Assembly: GCF_001194135.2 (NCBI RefSeq)
Contig: NC_068985.1
Coordinates: 51,697,343-51,748,701, forward strand
DNA: 51,359 bases
From: Octopus bimaculoides
Taxonomy: Eukaryota
Direction: 5' to 3'
Shown here: in pieces, positions 1-10,995 of the stretch
Layout of the letters: each line of letters starts with the position of its first letter
How positions within the stretch are numbered: the first letter of the stretch is position 1
Notes under the pieces: model-generated
What the model was told of the DNA's origin: nothing
Seen by the model: only the letters and a program-made list of their open reading frames with translations
Databases searched by the model: none
Position numbers and translations under genes: made by a program

Positions 1-305
1 GTGTAAGTGGCTGAGCACTCCACAGACACGTGTACCCTTAACGTAGTTCTCGAGGATATTCAGCGTGACACAGTGTGACAAGGCTGACCCTTTGAATTAC
101 AGGCACAACAGAAACAGGAAGTAAGAGTGAGAGGAAGTTGTGGTGGAAGAGTACAGCAGGGTTCGCCACCATCCCCTGCCGGAGCCTCGTGGAGCTTTAG
201 GTGTTTTCGCTCAATAAACACTCACAACGCTTGGTCTGTGAATCGAAACTGCGATCCTATGACCGCGAGTCCGCTGCCCTAACCACTGGGCCATTGCGTC
301 TCCAC
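1..305 (-). mobile_element. tRNA-head SINE, family A (3' end truncated by the window edge)
   Basis: The minus strand starts gacgcaatggcccagtggttagggcagcggactcgc...gtttcgattc (A-box and B-box like). It is nearly identical to the copy at 22301-22686. Confidence 0.85.
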
Positions 306-1285
306 TACATACATAAAAGATAGAAGAGAAAGAAATGGAAAGGACGAAGATTGAGGAAGAAACTCCAACTAAGGCCAATCAAGAAACCCCACAGATCCAG
401 GATTACCTTGACTACTAATGGTGCGAGCCCTCGCCCAATTGTTGTTCTTCAATCTATAGGCGCATGCTTACCGTAGGCCCATTCACCCTAACCATTTTTG
501 TCACAGTCACCAACCTTTACACAGATTCACTAGGAAGTAGCATTTTCCTCTCCACTCCCACTCTCCTTTCCAAGTGAAACATAAAAAGACTCGATAAGAG
601 CTTTGATCGAAAAGGAAAATGTCTTTCCTCAATCCTATCAGCCTCAATAATAAGTTACTTTCAGTATATTAGTGCTGTTTTTATTGCTTGATCTCAGGTC
701 ATCCTTGATTGACCAGAACTATGATTAAAGGCGTTCCATACACAACCATCTTGTCTGTTTATACTTCTAGGACAACGTTAATCAATGTGTCCCCCTTGTT
801 GCCGAGTTTCGAACAATTGTTGTCAGGTTTCCTAGCTCAAGCCCACAGCCTGCCATACTGCCATATAGGCAAGTTTAAGTCATGAAAAGGTGTGTCGCCA
901 TAAATGGTATTAACGCCTCTACGAATATAGTTTGACTAATCAGATCGGCTGGTGTGTAACCAAGTGAACTGAAATCTTCCCGTCAAATAGTCTGACCGAA
1001 CCTTCTAGAAAAATTCGATTGGGTTATAAAAAAACCATCTAAAAGCCCACACAGAGCCTTGTCGTTCTGTTCTGCGAGATGGCCCCTCACCTTCAATGTT
1101 TCCTTACAGAATGATATCTGGCGCTACACGAAACTATGTCACTCTGTGCCATAATAGGTGATCTCACTTTTTCTACTTGTTCTGAACTGGGTAAGGCGCT
1201 ACCCGAAGCTATGCCAATCAGCTTTCTGATAAGGCCTTATCATCCTTTCAGCTTAATTTGTCCTCAATAATTATTAACTGTCTTA

Positions 1286-1497
1286 CGGTGGCGAGCTGAC
1301 AAAATTGTTAGTACGTTGGTCCAAAGGCTTAGCAGCATTTCGTCTGTTTTTACGTTTTGAGTTCAAATTCCGCCGAAGTCGACTTTGCCTTCCATCCTTT
1401 TTCGGGTCGATAAAATGAATACCAGTTCAGCTCTGGGGTCGATGCAATCGACTTACTCATTCTCCCAAACTTGCTGGTCTTGTGCCAAAATTTGAGA
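1286..1497 (+). mobile_element. SINE family C copy (ggcgagctg...gagttcaaattccgccgaagtcgactttgcc...)
   Basis: It matches copies at 7026-7249 and 19551-19783. It is flanked by the 16-bp direct repeat tcaataattattaact (1264-1279 and 1498-1513), a possible TSD. Confidence 0.8.
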
Positions 1498-1949
1498 TCA
1501 ATAATTATTAACTATCTTTGTATTACTCCTTTACATACAAGATACAGGTATTCTTTTTCTTGGGACAAATTCTTTGCTGACAACAAATAAAAAAAATCAT
1601 CAGCTGCTAATTCATAAACCTCTGTGCGATTGTTAACTGCAGATATTTCATCAAATTTAGATAAGAACGCTTTATCTTTGATACCATCTTTAGTACATTT
1701 GTCTCACTATATTAGAGGCTGGAGNNNNNNNNNNTTTTACGTTTTGAGTTCAAATTCCGCCGAAGTCGACTTTGCCTTCCATCCTTTTTCGGGTCGATAA
1801 AATGAATACCAGTTCAGCTCTGGGGTCGATGCAATCGACTTACTCATTCTCCCAAACTTGCTGGTCTTGTGCCAAAATTTGAAACCAATATTAGAAGCTG
1901 GAGGCAAAAGAAGAACCAAGCACTCGCTATCTCCACCGTCAGAAGTGGG

Positions 1950-3250
1950 TATATAATCCCGGAAGAATATAAATTTCTTAAAACTGGCGAGCAGTTTTTA
2001 TACGATAGTTGTAATTTTAATGTTTGGAACACAAGCGGGGTTAGATGACCCCACTAAATGCAACCTGCATACTGGCTTTGTTGGGCGGAGGTGCTTATCT
2101 CACCTGTTTGAAAACTTAAGGACACAGAACGCTTGTGTCACGCAGCCAACTAGAAACGGTGTTTCTTGAGGCTAAATAGCAGCAGCATTCTTTCCTGCCC
2201 TGGGACTGCCACATTAAGTTGGCAACAAACAATCACTTTATCGTGATTTATAGTAGGCACTTTAACTTTCTTTTAAAGCATTTTATTACATTTAAATTGC
2301 TATCTTACAAACTGAAAAGGGAGCTTGACAAAATTAACTAAATTAGCATAGAATAATGGTTTCATATTTTTTTTATAATTAAGATCTAAACTACTAATAT
2401 ATGAATGCGAAGGAGATATTTGAATAACCGTAAACCTACTTTGGGGGCACCCTGTATATATATATATTATTTTCACGCTACATATTGCCATAAGAAGTAT
2501 TAGCATCTCACATCTTTTTGTTTTGCTTCTTGGTAAATCCGAAATAACGTACAGCAGACTTTTCAGTGGCATAAAAGGCTTACATAAATTATTAAATCCT
2601 GAAGCCTTAATGGTTGACTTCGAGAAAGCAACTATCAATGCTTTCTCTCACACATTCACAACAACTATTAAAGGTTGTTTATTTCATATGACTAAGAATA
2701 TTTATCGCAAAATTGTGGATATCGTTTAAAGTTGCGCTGTCAAACAAACGTATAATTTAACAATAAACTCAAACGCTTCACAGTATTAGCCTTTCTTCCA
2801 GAGCGCGATTGGATTTGTGGAATTGACTGACCATGATGATTTGCTCAGAGTATTCGTATCTTACTTTGAAACTCACTCTTTAGAAGGAGAACAAGTTCAA
2901 AGTACGCGAAAGTGAATAATGAAGCCAACATTTCCTATAAAATTGTGGAATGTTTTCGAAAGAACTCAGAATAATATGATCAGAACAAACGATAGTTCAG
3001 AAGGCTTTCGCAATGCAATACAAAGCTCTATTACTAACATGTTTCCAAGTATCTGGAAACTCATAACTTATTTAAAAAAGGAAGAGAATTTAGGAAAAAA
3101 AGAAAAAGTGTGATTCAGATCAAGGAGATGCAGCAGAGATGAAGAAAAAGTGTAGCGATATTAATGCAAGACTTCAGAGACAAATGCTTCGATACAATCC
3201 GCAGCAAAAAGTACATAATTTGTACAGCATTGCTTAGAATTTTCATACGT
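1950..3250 (+). mobile_element. Decayed MULE/Mutator transposase, interrupted at about 2040-2460
   Basis: Translated fragments are IPEEYKFLKTGEQFLYDS / ILMFGTQAGLDD (1950-2050), LLGKSEITYSRLF...MVDFEKATINAF...IKGCLFHMTKNIYRK (2523-2729) and FPIKLWNVFERT...RTNDSSEGF (2919-3113). These are typical MULE motifs, broken by stops and frameshifts. Confidence 0.8.
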
Positions 3251-3559
3251 TTTAAATGACCTCATCACATTTTTTTAATGTTTGATGTTGAATAAATACT
3301 TACTTATTTAATGCCTTTATAAAACTGTTTACCATTCCTTTTAAAAAAATGCTTATATAATATTCTTTATCAATGTCAATACGGTGAATTTTTCTATATA
3401 GGCAACAACTTTCTTACAGTAAATATGTTCAAGGTGAATTTTCTGGACACGGTCACAAACTACGCGGGTTCTGCACAGCTTAAAAACAGAAGTCAGACTG
3501 TAGCCCTCTCCAAGGAGACATTGATAACGAAAGGAGTGCTGCTACTGTTGCTACTGTTT

Positions 3560-4480
3560 GTGGTGGCCCTCTTAGACATGCTACAGGTAACCACTCTAAC
3601 TAGCCATGCCCTCGACACTAAAGTGGTGCAAAGCAGTCAAAAATCCTCTTTCAATGCTGATTTTCTACAGAAAGATAACGCTACTATATTACAAATGGGC
3701 TGAAAAAAACAAGCAATTTAATGCAGAAAAATACCGAACCCTCCACTATCAACAAGCTTGTGCTAACATGCCGCAACAAAGATACATTGGGTCAAAAGTG
3801 GATAAACCTGGAATTGATATGAGCAGCAATAATTCATTTCATGTACATATCACCGCGATGGTGGCAATGTGCAGGCGAATGGCTGGCTGGATTCTGAAAA
3901 TCTTTCACAAGGGACTGTGAAACTATGTTGGTTCTACGAAGAACACTTGTCCTCAGCTGTCTCGACTACAGCTGTCAATTATGGTTGCGGAACTCAAGAC
4001 AGTTCAGCGGTGTGACACCAGAAAGATTGCATCAATGAAACAGCTGAGCGACACTGAAAGAATTACGACACTTCTTGGAGCGAAAATGGGAGAGATATGC
4101 AGTGATATACATATGAAACCTAAACAGGCTGGTACCAAACTTTTGCATCGCGAGTTATACCAGCCCCCAAATAGGACGTCACTTAACTGTTTCAAAGGTC
4201 CGACCAATCCCGTCTAGAATAAGGACCAGGTACTGCAACAGCTTGGGATTTAAAGGCACACAACTACTTAATATCTTACCAAAAACCTGAAAGGTTTGCA
4301 CGGAGTGTGGGTAGATGCTTTCAAGAAGCACCTTGACCTTTTGTCTAAGATCCCAAATGCACGTACAACACAGAAAGAAACTCCAGGAAAGCACCAAAAG
4401 CCAAACATAGAAACGGCCATCGAAAAGGTGATGATACTGGCATTGCCCCAGCATGGCTGCAACCTTTCGGGCTGAAATAC
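3560..4480 (+). mobile_element. Decayed CR1/L2-like LINE, 3' part of the RT region
   Basis: Frameshifted motifs KQFNAEKY, GIDMSSNNSFHVHI..CRRMAGWILKIF, SCLDYSCQLW and ELKTVQR..RKIASMKQLS match the region downstream of the RT core in CR1-group LINEs. Confidence 0.75.
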
Positions 4481-4739
4481 AAAAGTGTATATATATGATA
4501 GACTCTCCCGCCGAAGGCGATATACGAGCGTCCAGCTTTTGCTGAACGACTTGCACAAATGGTTTGTTTATAGTGAAGAAATGTTCGTGTCACACATTAG
4601 CTCCTTCCATCAAATCCACATTGTCTGAACAGGTGCACGGTGTACTACGCTTCAGGTGTCGAAGGGCAATGTGAGATTAAGTGTTTTGCTTAAGAACACA
4701 ACGCACCCGCGGTCTAGAAATTGAAATCACTATTGCTAG

Positions 4740-4880
4740 ATTTGACGTCCATCGTCCATGCTGGCATGGGTTGGACGCTTTGATCTGGGCTGGTAAGCTG
4801 AGGGGCTGTACCAGACTCCAGTCTGATTTGGCATGGCTTCTATGGCTGGATGCCCTTCCTAACACCAACCACTCCAAGAG
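4740..4880 (-). mobile_element. Family D retro-repeat (ttggcgttaggaagggcatccagc...atgccagcatgg), partial
   Basis: It shares its core with copies at 8965-9121, 30962-31345 and 51124-51359. Confidence 0.75.
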
Positions 4881-4901
4881 TATAATGAGTGCACACGTGT
4901 G

Positions 4902-4936
<35 letters not shown>

Positions 4937-5395
4937 TTGTGCATATAAAAACGACCAGTAAGTGATCTGTCAATATGCTAGAAAAAGATCACTTAAAAAA
5001 TTCTCAAAGAAAGATTCAGCGGAGCAAAAACAGGCGGTCGAGACCAGTGAAAATTATAAATACCTCAGTTATCTGTAGACTATATAGTATCAAAATCAAC
5101 ACTTTCCAATGAAAGTATCTATTTATCATCAGTACACATTACCGATATTATTATAACCGAACAGAATCCCGTGCTAGTTGTCTCCAACCAGTGAAAACGT
5201 GCACGTGATTCTATAGATTATAAAGAATAAGATTCAAAAGTCTTAGTTTTGGCGCGCTGAATCCGGAAATATCTCTGCAGAAAATAATTTCTGCTTTGAA
5301 TTTACAAACTTTGAGAAATGTGATTATGGTTAATAAACTTAATAGGGTAAAAATTCGATATCAATTACTATCAATTTAATGTGCTAGTTTCCTGG

Positions 5396-5435
<40 letters not shown>

Positions 5436-5550
5436 AATAATAATAATAATATTAGGGACAAAATCCAAAATTACAGGTAAAAAACTCAATTAAAATCAAT
5501 TTATAAAAAATTAAAATTAAATTGAGCCTTATAGATAAAGTATATATAAA

Positions 5551-6431
5551 NNNNNNNNNNNNNNNNNNNNNNNNNNNNNNNNNNNNNNNNNNNNNNNNNN
5601 NNNNNNNNNNNNNNNNNNNNNNNNNNNNNNNNNNNNNNNNNNNNNNNNNNNNNNNNNNNNNNNNNNNNNNNNNNNNNNNNNNNNNNNNNNNNNNNNNNNN
5701 NNNNNNNNNNNNNNNNNNNNNNNNNNNNNNNNNNNNNNNNNNNNNNNNNNNNNNNNNNNNNNNNNNNNNNNNNNNNNNNNNNNNNNNNNNNNNNNNNNNN
5801 NNNNNNNNNNNNNNNNNNNNNNNNNNNNNNNNNNNNNNNNNNNNNNNNNNNNNNNNNNNNNNNNNNNNNNNNNNNNNNNNNNNNNNNNNNNNNNNNNNNN
5901 NNNNNNNNNNNNNNNNNNNNNNNNNNNNNNNNNNNNNNNNNNNNNNNNNNNNNNNNNNNNNNNNNNNNNNNNNNNNNNNNNNNNNNNNNNNNNNNNNNNN
6001 NNNNNNNNNNNNNNNNNNNNNNNNNNNNNNNNNNNNNNNNNNNNNNNNNNNNNNNNNNNNNNNNNNNNNNNNNNNNNNNNNNNNNNNNNNNNNNNNNNNN
6101 NNNNNNNNNNNNNNNNNNNNNNNNNNNNNNNNNNNNNNNNNNNNNNNNNNNNNNNNNNNNNNNNNNNNNNNNNNNNNNNNNNNNNNNNNNNNNNNNNNNN
6201 NNNNNNNNNNNNNNNNNNNNNNNNNNNNNNNNNNNNNNNNNNNNNNNNNNNNNNNNNNNNNNNNNNNNNNNNNNNNNNNNNNNNNNNNNNNNNNNNNNNN
6301 NNNNNNNNNNNNNNNNNNNNNNNNNNNNNNNNNNNNNNNNNNNNNNNNNNNNNNNNNNNNNNNNNNNNNNNNNNNNNNNNNNNNNNNNNNNNNNNNNNNN
6401 NNNNNNNNNNNNNNNNNNNNNNNNNNNNNNN
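5551..6431. other. Assembly gap (881 N), probably overlapping the CAPZA 3' UTR
   Basis: The N run starts about 70 nt downstream of the CAPZA stop codon. Other gaps are at 1725-1734, 29443-29631, 36886-37228 and 40194-40261. Confidence 0.95.
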
Positions 6432-6469
<38 letters not shown>

Positions 6470-6499
6470 ATAAAGACCACCTAAAACAGAAAAACCCTT

Positions 6500-6640
6500 T
6501 CAAGGGCTCTTCAGTTCACTCCCAATTTTGTAACTGATCAGTTTGTTCCAGTCAATTTTGCTGCGGGTCACAGGAAGTTGTCGTCTGAGAGCTTTAAAGG
6601 TGGTGTCAGACATAGTTTGGTAGTTTTCAGATATGGCTTT
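6500..6640 (-). CDS. CAPZA: CAPZA terminal coding exon ([46 protein letters not shown]), 141 nt including TGA
   Basis: Minus strand reads cctcctgttttgcAG|aaagccata, with the stop TGA at 6502-6500. It carries the conserved [17 protein letters not shown]-terminus. Confidence 0.98.
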   Translation of the reverse strand, partial: KAISENYQTMSDTTFKALRRQLPVTRSKIDWNKLISYKIGSELKSP

Positions 6641-7025
6641 CTGCAAAACAGGAGGAAAGAAAAACACTGATTAATATTACAACAAAAAATAATAATAATA
6701 ATAATAAAATAGAAATTTTTTTTAAAAGTGTCACCAAGACTGGTGTACATCACAGGTTTTTGATTAAAAAAAAAATAAAATAAGAAACCATCATGTTAAC
6801 TGAATCAATGATAAATGAATAACAATGTATGGGGAAAAATAGGTTTTGTTCTGAGACCCGAAGTTGTACTAAGTACTGTGGATGATTACTGAGGTATACT
6901 TTTGCACTTCAAGCAGAATCTTTTGATTATCAACCTGCATTATTGCTGATCAATTTGTGATAAGTATAATACAGTTCACAACTAGTGTTCCATGTTATTC
7001 CAGATCAGTGATAAACGAGGATAGA

Positions 7026-7249
7026 TCTTATTTCTTTATTGCCCACAAGGGGCTAAACATAGAGGGAACAAACAAAGGGATTAAATCGATTCCATCGACC
7101 CCAGTGCATAACTGCTACTTAATTTATCGACCCCGAAAGGATGAAAGGCAAAGTCGACCTCGACGGAATTTTAACTCAGAATATAACGGCAGACGAAATA
7201 CCGCTAAGCATTTCGCCTGGCATGCTAACATTTCTGCCAGCTCGCTGCT
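7026..7249 (-). mobile_element. Full-length SINE family C copy
   Basis: The minus strand runs from the gcagcgagctggcagaaatgttagc head to the ...gtgggcaataaagaaataag tail. It is near-identical to 19551-19783. Confidence 0.85.
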
Positions 7250-7266
7250 TTATGAGGATAGATCTA

Positions 7267-7492
7267 TTAACCCTTTAGCATTTAATCCAGCCACATCCAG
7301 CCCAAATATTCTACTTGTATTGTGTTAAAACTGACCAGATCCAACCTTTCACACTTAACCTACAATGTCATTCTAAAAATATATAAACACACCATTGAAA
7401 TCTTGAAGCTACAAGATAATGCATAATTAATTCAAAACAATGTGAATAAATAAGCAATACAATTGACAGAGATCTGAATGCTAATGGGTTAA
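7267..7492. mobile_element. TTAA-flanked MITE of about 225 bp (piggyBac-type ends)
   Basis: It reads ttaa-ccctttagcatt...aatgctaatggg-ttaa. The internal sequence is shared with four other copies. Confidence 0.8.
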
Positions 7493-8389
7493 ACAACATC
7501 ACCAGAAACAGCAGTTACAACAATGTAAACAATAACTGCTAGAGTAACAGTAACTGTAGTCGTACATAATGACCAATACTGACCAATTACAACAGGAGGG
7601 TAAACAATAACCAGCTGTAACAGGTGGTCAAGACACCCTGACTATCTTGTGGATGAAGACTGACTAACTGCATCATAATACAGAAGTGTTCAAAGTAGGA
7701 TTCAATATATTGGTCATTATAATCCCAGAGCTTGGCTACAAGAACATCATTATAAGAGGCAATAATAACAGCAGCAGTAATAATAATTCCTTATATAAGT
7801 AAAAGGCTGCAAATTTTTACAAAGGGCATATAGACCTTAATACCTATCAGGTACCTTAAAATAAACCCTGACACAATGAAATGTAACCAGAGTAGGATTT
7901 GAACACAAGATGCAACTATATCCTTGCCACGCCATCTTTTGATTCTTCAAAGTGTGATGGTTATATGACATTTTCTCATTTCTTTACACAGTTTTTTTTC
8001 CATTTTTATGTAACTCTGCAATATCTTTTGAGCTGTGGTGATTGGATAGTAGAAGGCAGAAAGGGCAATGTTCCATAGTATGGTCCATCATTAGTAGCCT
8101 TTATCATCTTGACTTAACTAACCAATTCCTGTCTGGTATCAGTAGGAGCAAATACCAACAAGGAGATGGCAGTTGTCTGTGCTGATAGATCACTGGTTAC
8201 ATGAGACCTAACAACACATGTTCAACGCTGGATCGAGTTTCTTTCCTGGGATGATCTCTCCCAGACAGGACATGCAAACTCCAATTCTACAGTGGACATC
8301 CATAATGACACTAGTAATAACATCAACTACTACTTCAAAAGTATAAATACAAATGTAACAACACAGTACAATAAATAATAATTTCATAT

Positions 8390-8795
8390 TTTGACACAAG
8401 GCCAGCAAGTTTGGAGGAGGAGTTAAGTCAGTTTACATAAACCCAAATGTTCAACTGGTACTTGCTTTATCAACTTCAGTGGAATTTTGAACTCAGAATA
8501 TAAATATGGACGAAATCCCACTAAGCATTTTATCCTTCATGCTAACGAATCTGCCAGCTCATTGCCTTACTATAATAATATAGGTTTCAAATTTTGGCAC
8601 TAATCCAGCAAGAATTTTTGAGGAAGCGTTAAATTGATTATATCGACCCCCAGTGTTTAACTGGTACTTATTTTATCAACCCCGAAAGGATCAAAAGCAA
8701 AGTCGACCTCAGCAAAATTTTGAACTCAGAATGTAAATACAGATGAAGTGCCACTAAGCTTCATGCTAATGATTCTGCTAGCTCACCACCTTACT
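8390..8795 (-). mobile_element. Two adjacent diverged family C SINE copies
   Basis: The repeated gaactcagaat...ctaagcattt...gctaa...ctgccagctc blocks end at about 8570 and 8790. Confidence 0.7.
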
Positions 8796-8854
8796 CAGTA
8801 TGATAATATTAAAAAGCAACATTGCGCACACATGCAGGTGTGTATGAAACTTAC

Positions 8855-8917
8855 TTGATACTCATTCTCTGCCTCTGAAACCAGTTGTGTAAATTCCTTG
8901 GCCAATGCTTCTTCTTT
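8855..8917 (-). CDS. CAPZA: CAPZA coding exon 9 (KEEALAKEFTQLVSEAENEYQ), 63 nt, phase 0 to 0
   Basis: Minus strand reads ttttctatttcAG|aaagaagaa...gagtatcaa|GTaagt. It aligns with [21 protein letters not shown]. Confidence 0.96.
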
Positions 8918-8964
8918 CTGAAATAGAAAAAATAATATTTCTTTCAAAACCTAATAGTTGTATT

Positions 8965-9121
8965 TCATTATCATCATCATCATCGTTTAACGTCCGCTTT
9001 CCATGCTGGCATGGGTTGGACGATTTGACTGAGGACTGGTGAAACCGGATGGCAACACCAGGCTCCAATCTGATCTGGCAGAGTTTCTACAGCTGGATGC
9101 CCTTCCTAACGCCAACCACTC
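8965..9121 (-). mobile_element. Family D retro-repeat with (GAT)n 3' tail
   Basis: The plus strand reads (cat)n-cgtttaacgtccgctttccatgctggcatgggttggacg. It is near-identical to 51124-51359. Confidence 0.8.
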
Positions 9122-9144
9122 AAATTTGCTGCTTTAATATTTCA

Positions 9145-9546
9145 TTAACCCTTTAGTATTTAAACCAGCCACAACTGGCCCCAATATTCTATGTCATCAT
9201 TATCATCATCATCATCATCATCCTCGTTTAACGTCCACTTTCCGTGCTGGAATGTGTTGAATAGTTTGACATGGAACTGGCTAGCAGGGAGCTGTCCAGA
9301 CTCCAATTGCTTGTGGCATGGTTTCTATAGTTGAGTGCCCTTCCTAACACCAACCACTTAACAGTGTGCTGGGTGCTAAAACTGACCAGATTCAACCTCT
9401 CACACCTCCCCTACAATGTCATTCTAAAAATATACAATCACATCATCAAAATCTTGAAGCTACAAGACAATGCAGAATTAATTCCAAAGAATGTGAATAA
9501 ATAAGCAATATATTTCATTAAGAAACCTGAATGCAAATGGGCTGAA
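9145..9546. mobile_element. TTAA MITE interrupted by a family D insertion at about 9195-9376
   Basis: It starts ttaaccctttagtatt. The MITE body resumes at taaaactgaccagattcaacc and is colinear with 7267-7492. Confidence 0.7.
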
Positions 9547-9845
9547 CAAAATTAAATTATTTGGAGCACCTACAGCAAGAATACTAAATGTATGGATACA
9601 CATTTAGTATTCATAGAGGCACAGAAGTGGCTGCATACTTCAGAAGTTTGCTTCCCAACTACATGGTTTCAAGTTCAGTCCCACTCTGTGGCACCTTGGG
9701 CAAGTGTCTTCTACTATAGTCTTAAATCTACTCAACAGACATTGGTGATCAGTGGCTTCAACATAAGAGCAAAATAGACCCAAAATAATCTGGAGAAGAA
9801 AGGTACAGAACATGAAAGATCCACCAATCATATGTAACCTATATA

Positions 9846-10059
9846 TGATGGGGTGCTGAAAAGTTCCTGGCTTTGAGTAAAAGAAAATACAGGAGGGTCA
9901 GTCAATCATGATTTTATTAAACATATTCCCCTCTCAGATGCACACTTATTGCAGTGATCCTTCAGTTTTTCTAAGCCTTGCAAAAGAACTTGGAAGGTTG
10001 GGCCTCCAACCAGACCTTTCATGATACCCTTAGAGCCAGGAACTTTTCAACACCCCTCA
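9846..10059 (-). mobile_element. Internally deleted mariner element of about 214 bp with both TIRs and TA flanks
   Basis: The TIRs are tgatggggtgctgaaaagttcctggct and agccaggaacttttcaacacccctca, with TA on both sides. The minus strand encodes WLEAQPSKFF..QGLEKLKDHCNKC, a mariner C-terminus. Confidence 0.85.
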
Positions 10060-10229
10060 TAGAACCTTTATAAATAGGGTTAATTTAACTTTCTCTTTAG
10101 ATTGATAAAAATGATGATCAACCTTAATCGATTTTCAAATCTTATTTTAAATTCTCATCAGAGGCATCTGCATCAATTTGATCAACAACAGAAGGCAAGG
10201 GCATCTAATCAGTTGTACATGTGGATGTA

Positions 10230-10550
10230 CAAATTAAGTGTGAATGAACAACAAAGAACAAATGAGTTGAAAGAAAAACTGGGAGTATAAAGAACCAGAT
10301 TCCATAGTGTGACTGGGTGGAGACTGCACTGACAGTCTCTTCTTAGTAATGCATACAAGTGCCAAGAGATTAAAGTGAAAGGGACCTGCAGAAGAGAAAA
10401 ACTGAGGTATATATGGGAAGTGGTGGTGCAGGTGAATCTCAGAATGCAGGACATTACAAAGAAACTTAAAACAAAGAACTACAACAAATGGTAAGACATA
10501 GAATTGGAGAGAAGCCCTTTCAAATCCATAGAAATGTAAAGAAGCAGAGA
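10230..10550 (+). mobile_element. Decayed RTE-like LINE 3' fragment
   Basis: The translation ELKEKLGV..., KCQEIKVKGTCRREKLRYIWEVVV resembles the RTE C-terminal KC..L.V.G...RGRP...W..VV region. It is heavily degraded. Confidence 0.55.
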
Positions 10551-10604
10551 GAAATTGTGACAAAAACAAACGAAAAAATATGTAACAAAAAAATATATAC
10601 TTAC

Positions 10605-10676
10605 GGTAACATTTAAAGTTAAGTTAACATCTTTGGAGCTAACAAGCTGTACATTACCATCTTCATAATAGTGGAC
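10605..10676 (-). CDS. CAPZA: CAPZA coding exon 8 (VHYYEDGNVQLVSSKDVNLTLNVT), 72 nt, phase 0 to 0
   Basis: Minus strand reads ttttaattttatcAG|gtccactat...aatgttacc|GTaagt. It carries the conserved VHYYEDGNVQL motif. Confidence 0.98.
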
Positions 10677-10893
10677 CTGATAAAATTAAAAAAAAAAAAG
10701 AAATATTAAATAACTGCAAGTTGACAAAATCTTATATAAGTCATCACCAAAATCTTATGTAAGTTAACTGCCACAGTCCAGTAGCAGGTGAACTGTGATG
10801 TTATTTAGTGTTGAGAAGTTGAAAAAAAGAAAACTGGGGGGGGGGGGAGAACTAACGTAAATTATCAACAAGCCAACAAAGGTATCCCTCGAT

Positions 10894-10995
10894 CAGTGGT
10901 TCTCAACTGGTGCCCATATAACCCTTGAGGTCTCATAAGATTTTGTTGTTAAAGCTTATGAGCAATGAACTAGTTACACTAAGTATTTTAACAAA
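10894..10995. mobile_element. hAT-type MITE end fragment
   Basis: It begins cagtggttctcaac, a typical hAT TIR start. No partner TIR is visible. Confidence 0.4.

Noticed and set aside
1110-1190. Plus-strand pseudo-exon (tttccttacAG...actgg|GTaagg, 81 nt)
   Set aside because: All three frames have stops and there is no partner exon or host gene on the plus strand. It shows that chance pseudo-exons occur in this window.
5452-6503. Long ORFs of 320-342 aa (and similar ones at 29358-29745, 36804-37371 and 40086-40283)
   Set aside because: They are open only because they run through N-gaps and homopolymer or microsatellite runs.
8208-8408. Cys-rich 66-aa minus-strand ORF in the last CAPZA intron
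   Set aside because: It has no recognisable domain and no convincing splice pair. Another frame reads LEFACPVW...IQR, which suggests a decayed LINE.
10102-10290. ORF preceded by an acceptor-like ttctctttag on the plus strand
   Set aside because: It runs into a degraded RTE-like LINE fragment and has no donor or partner exon.
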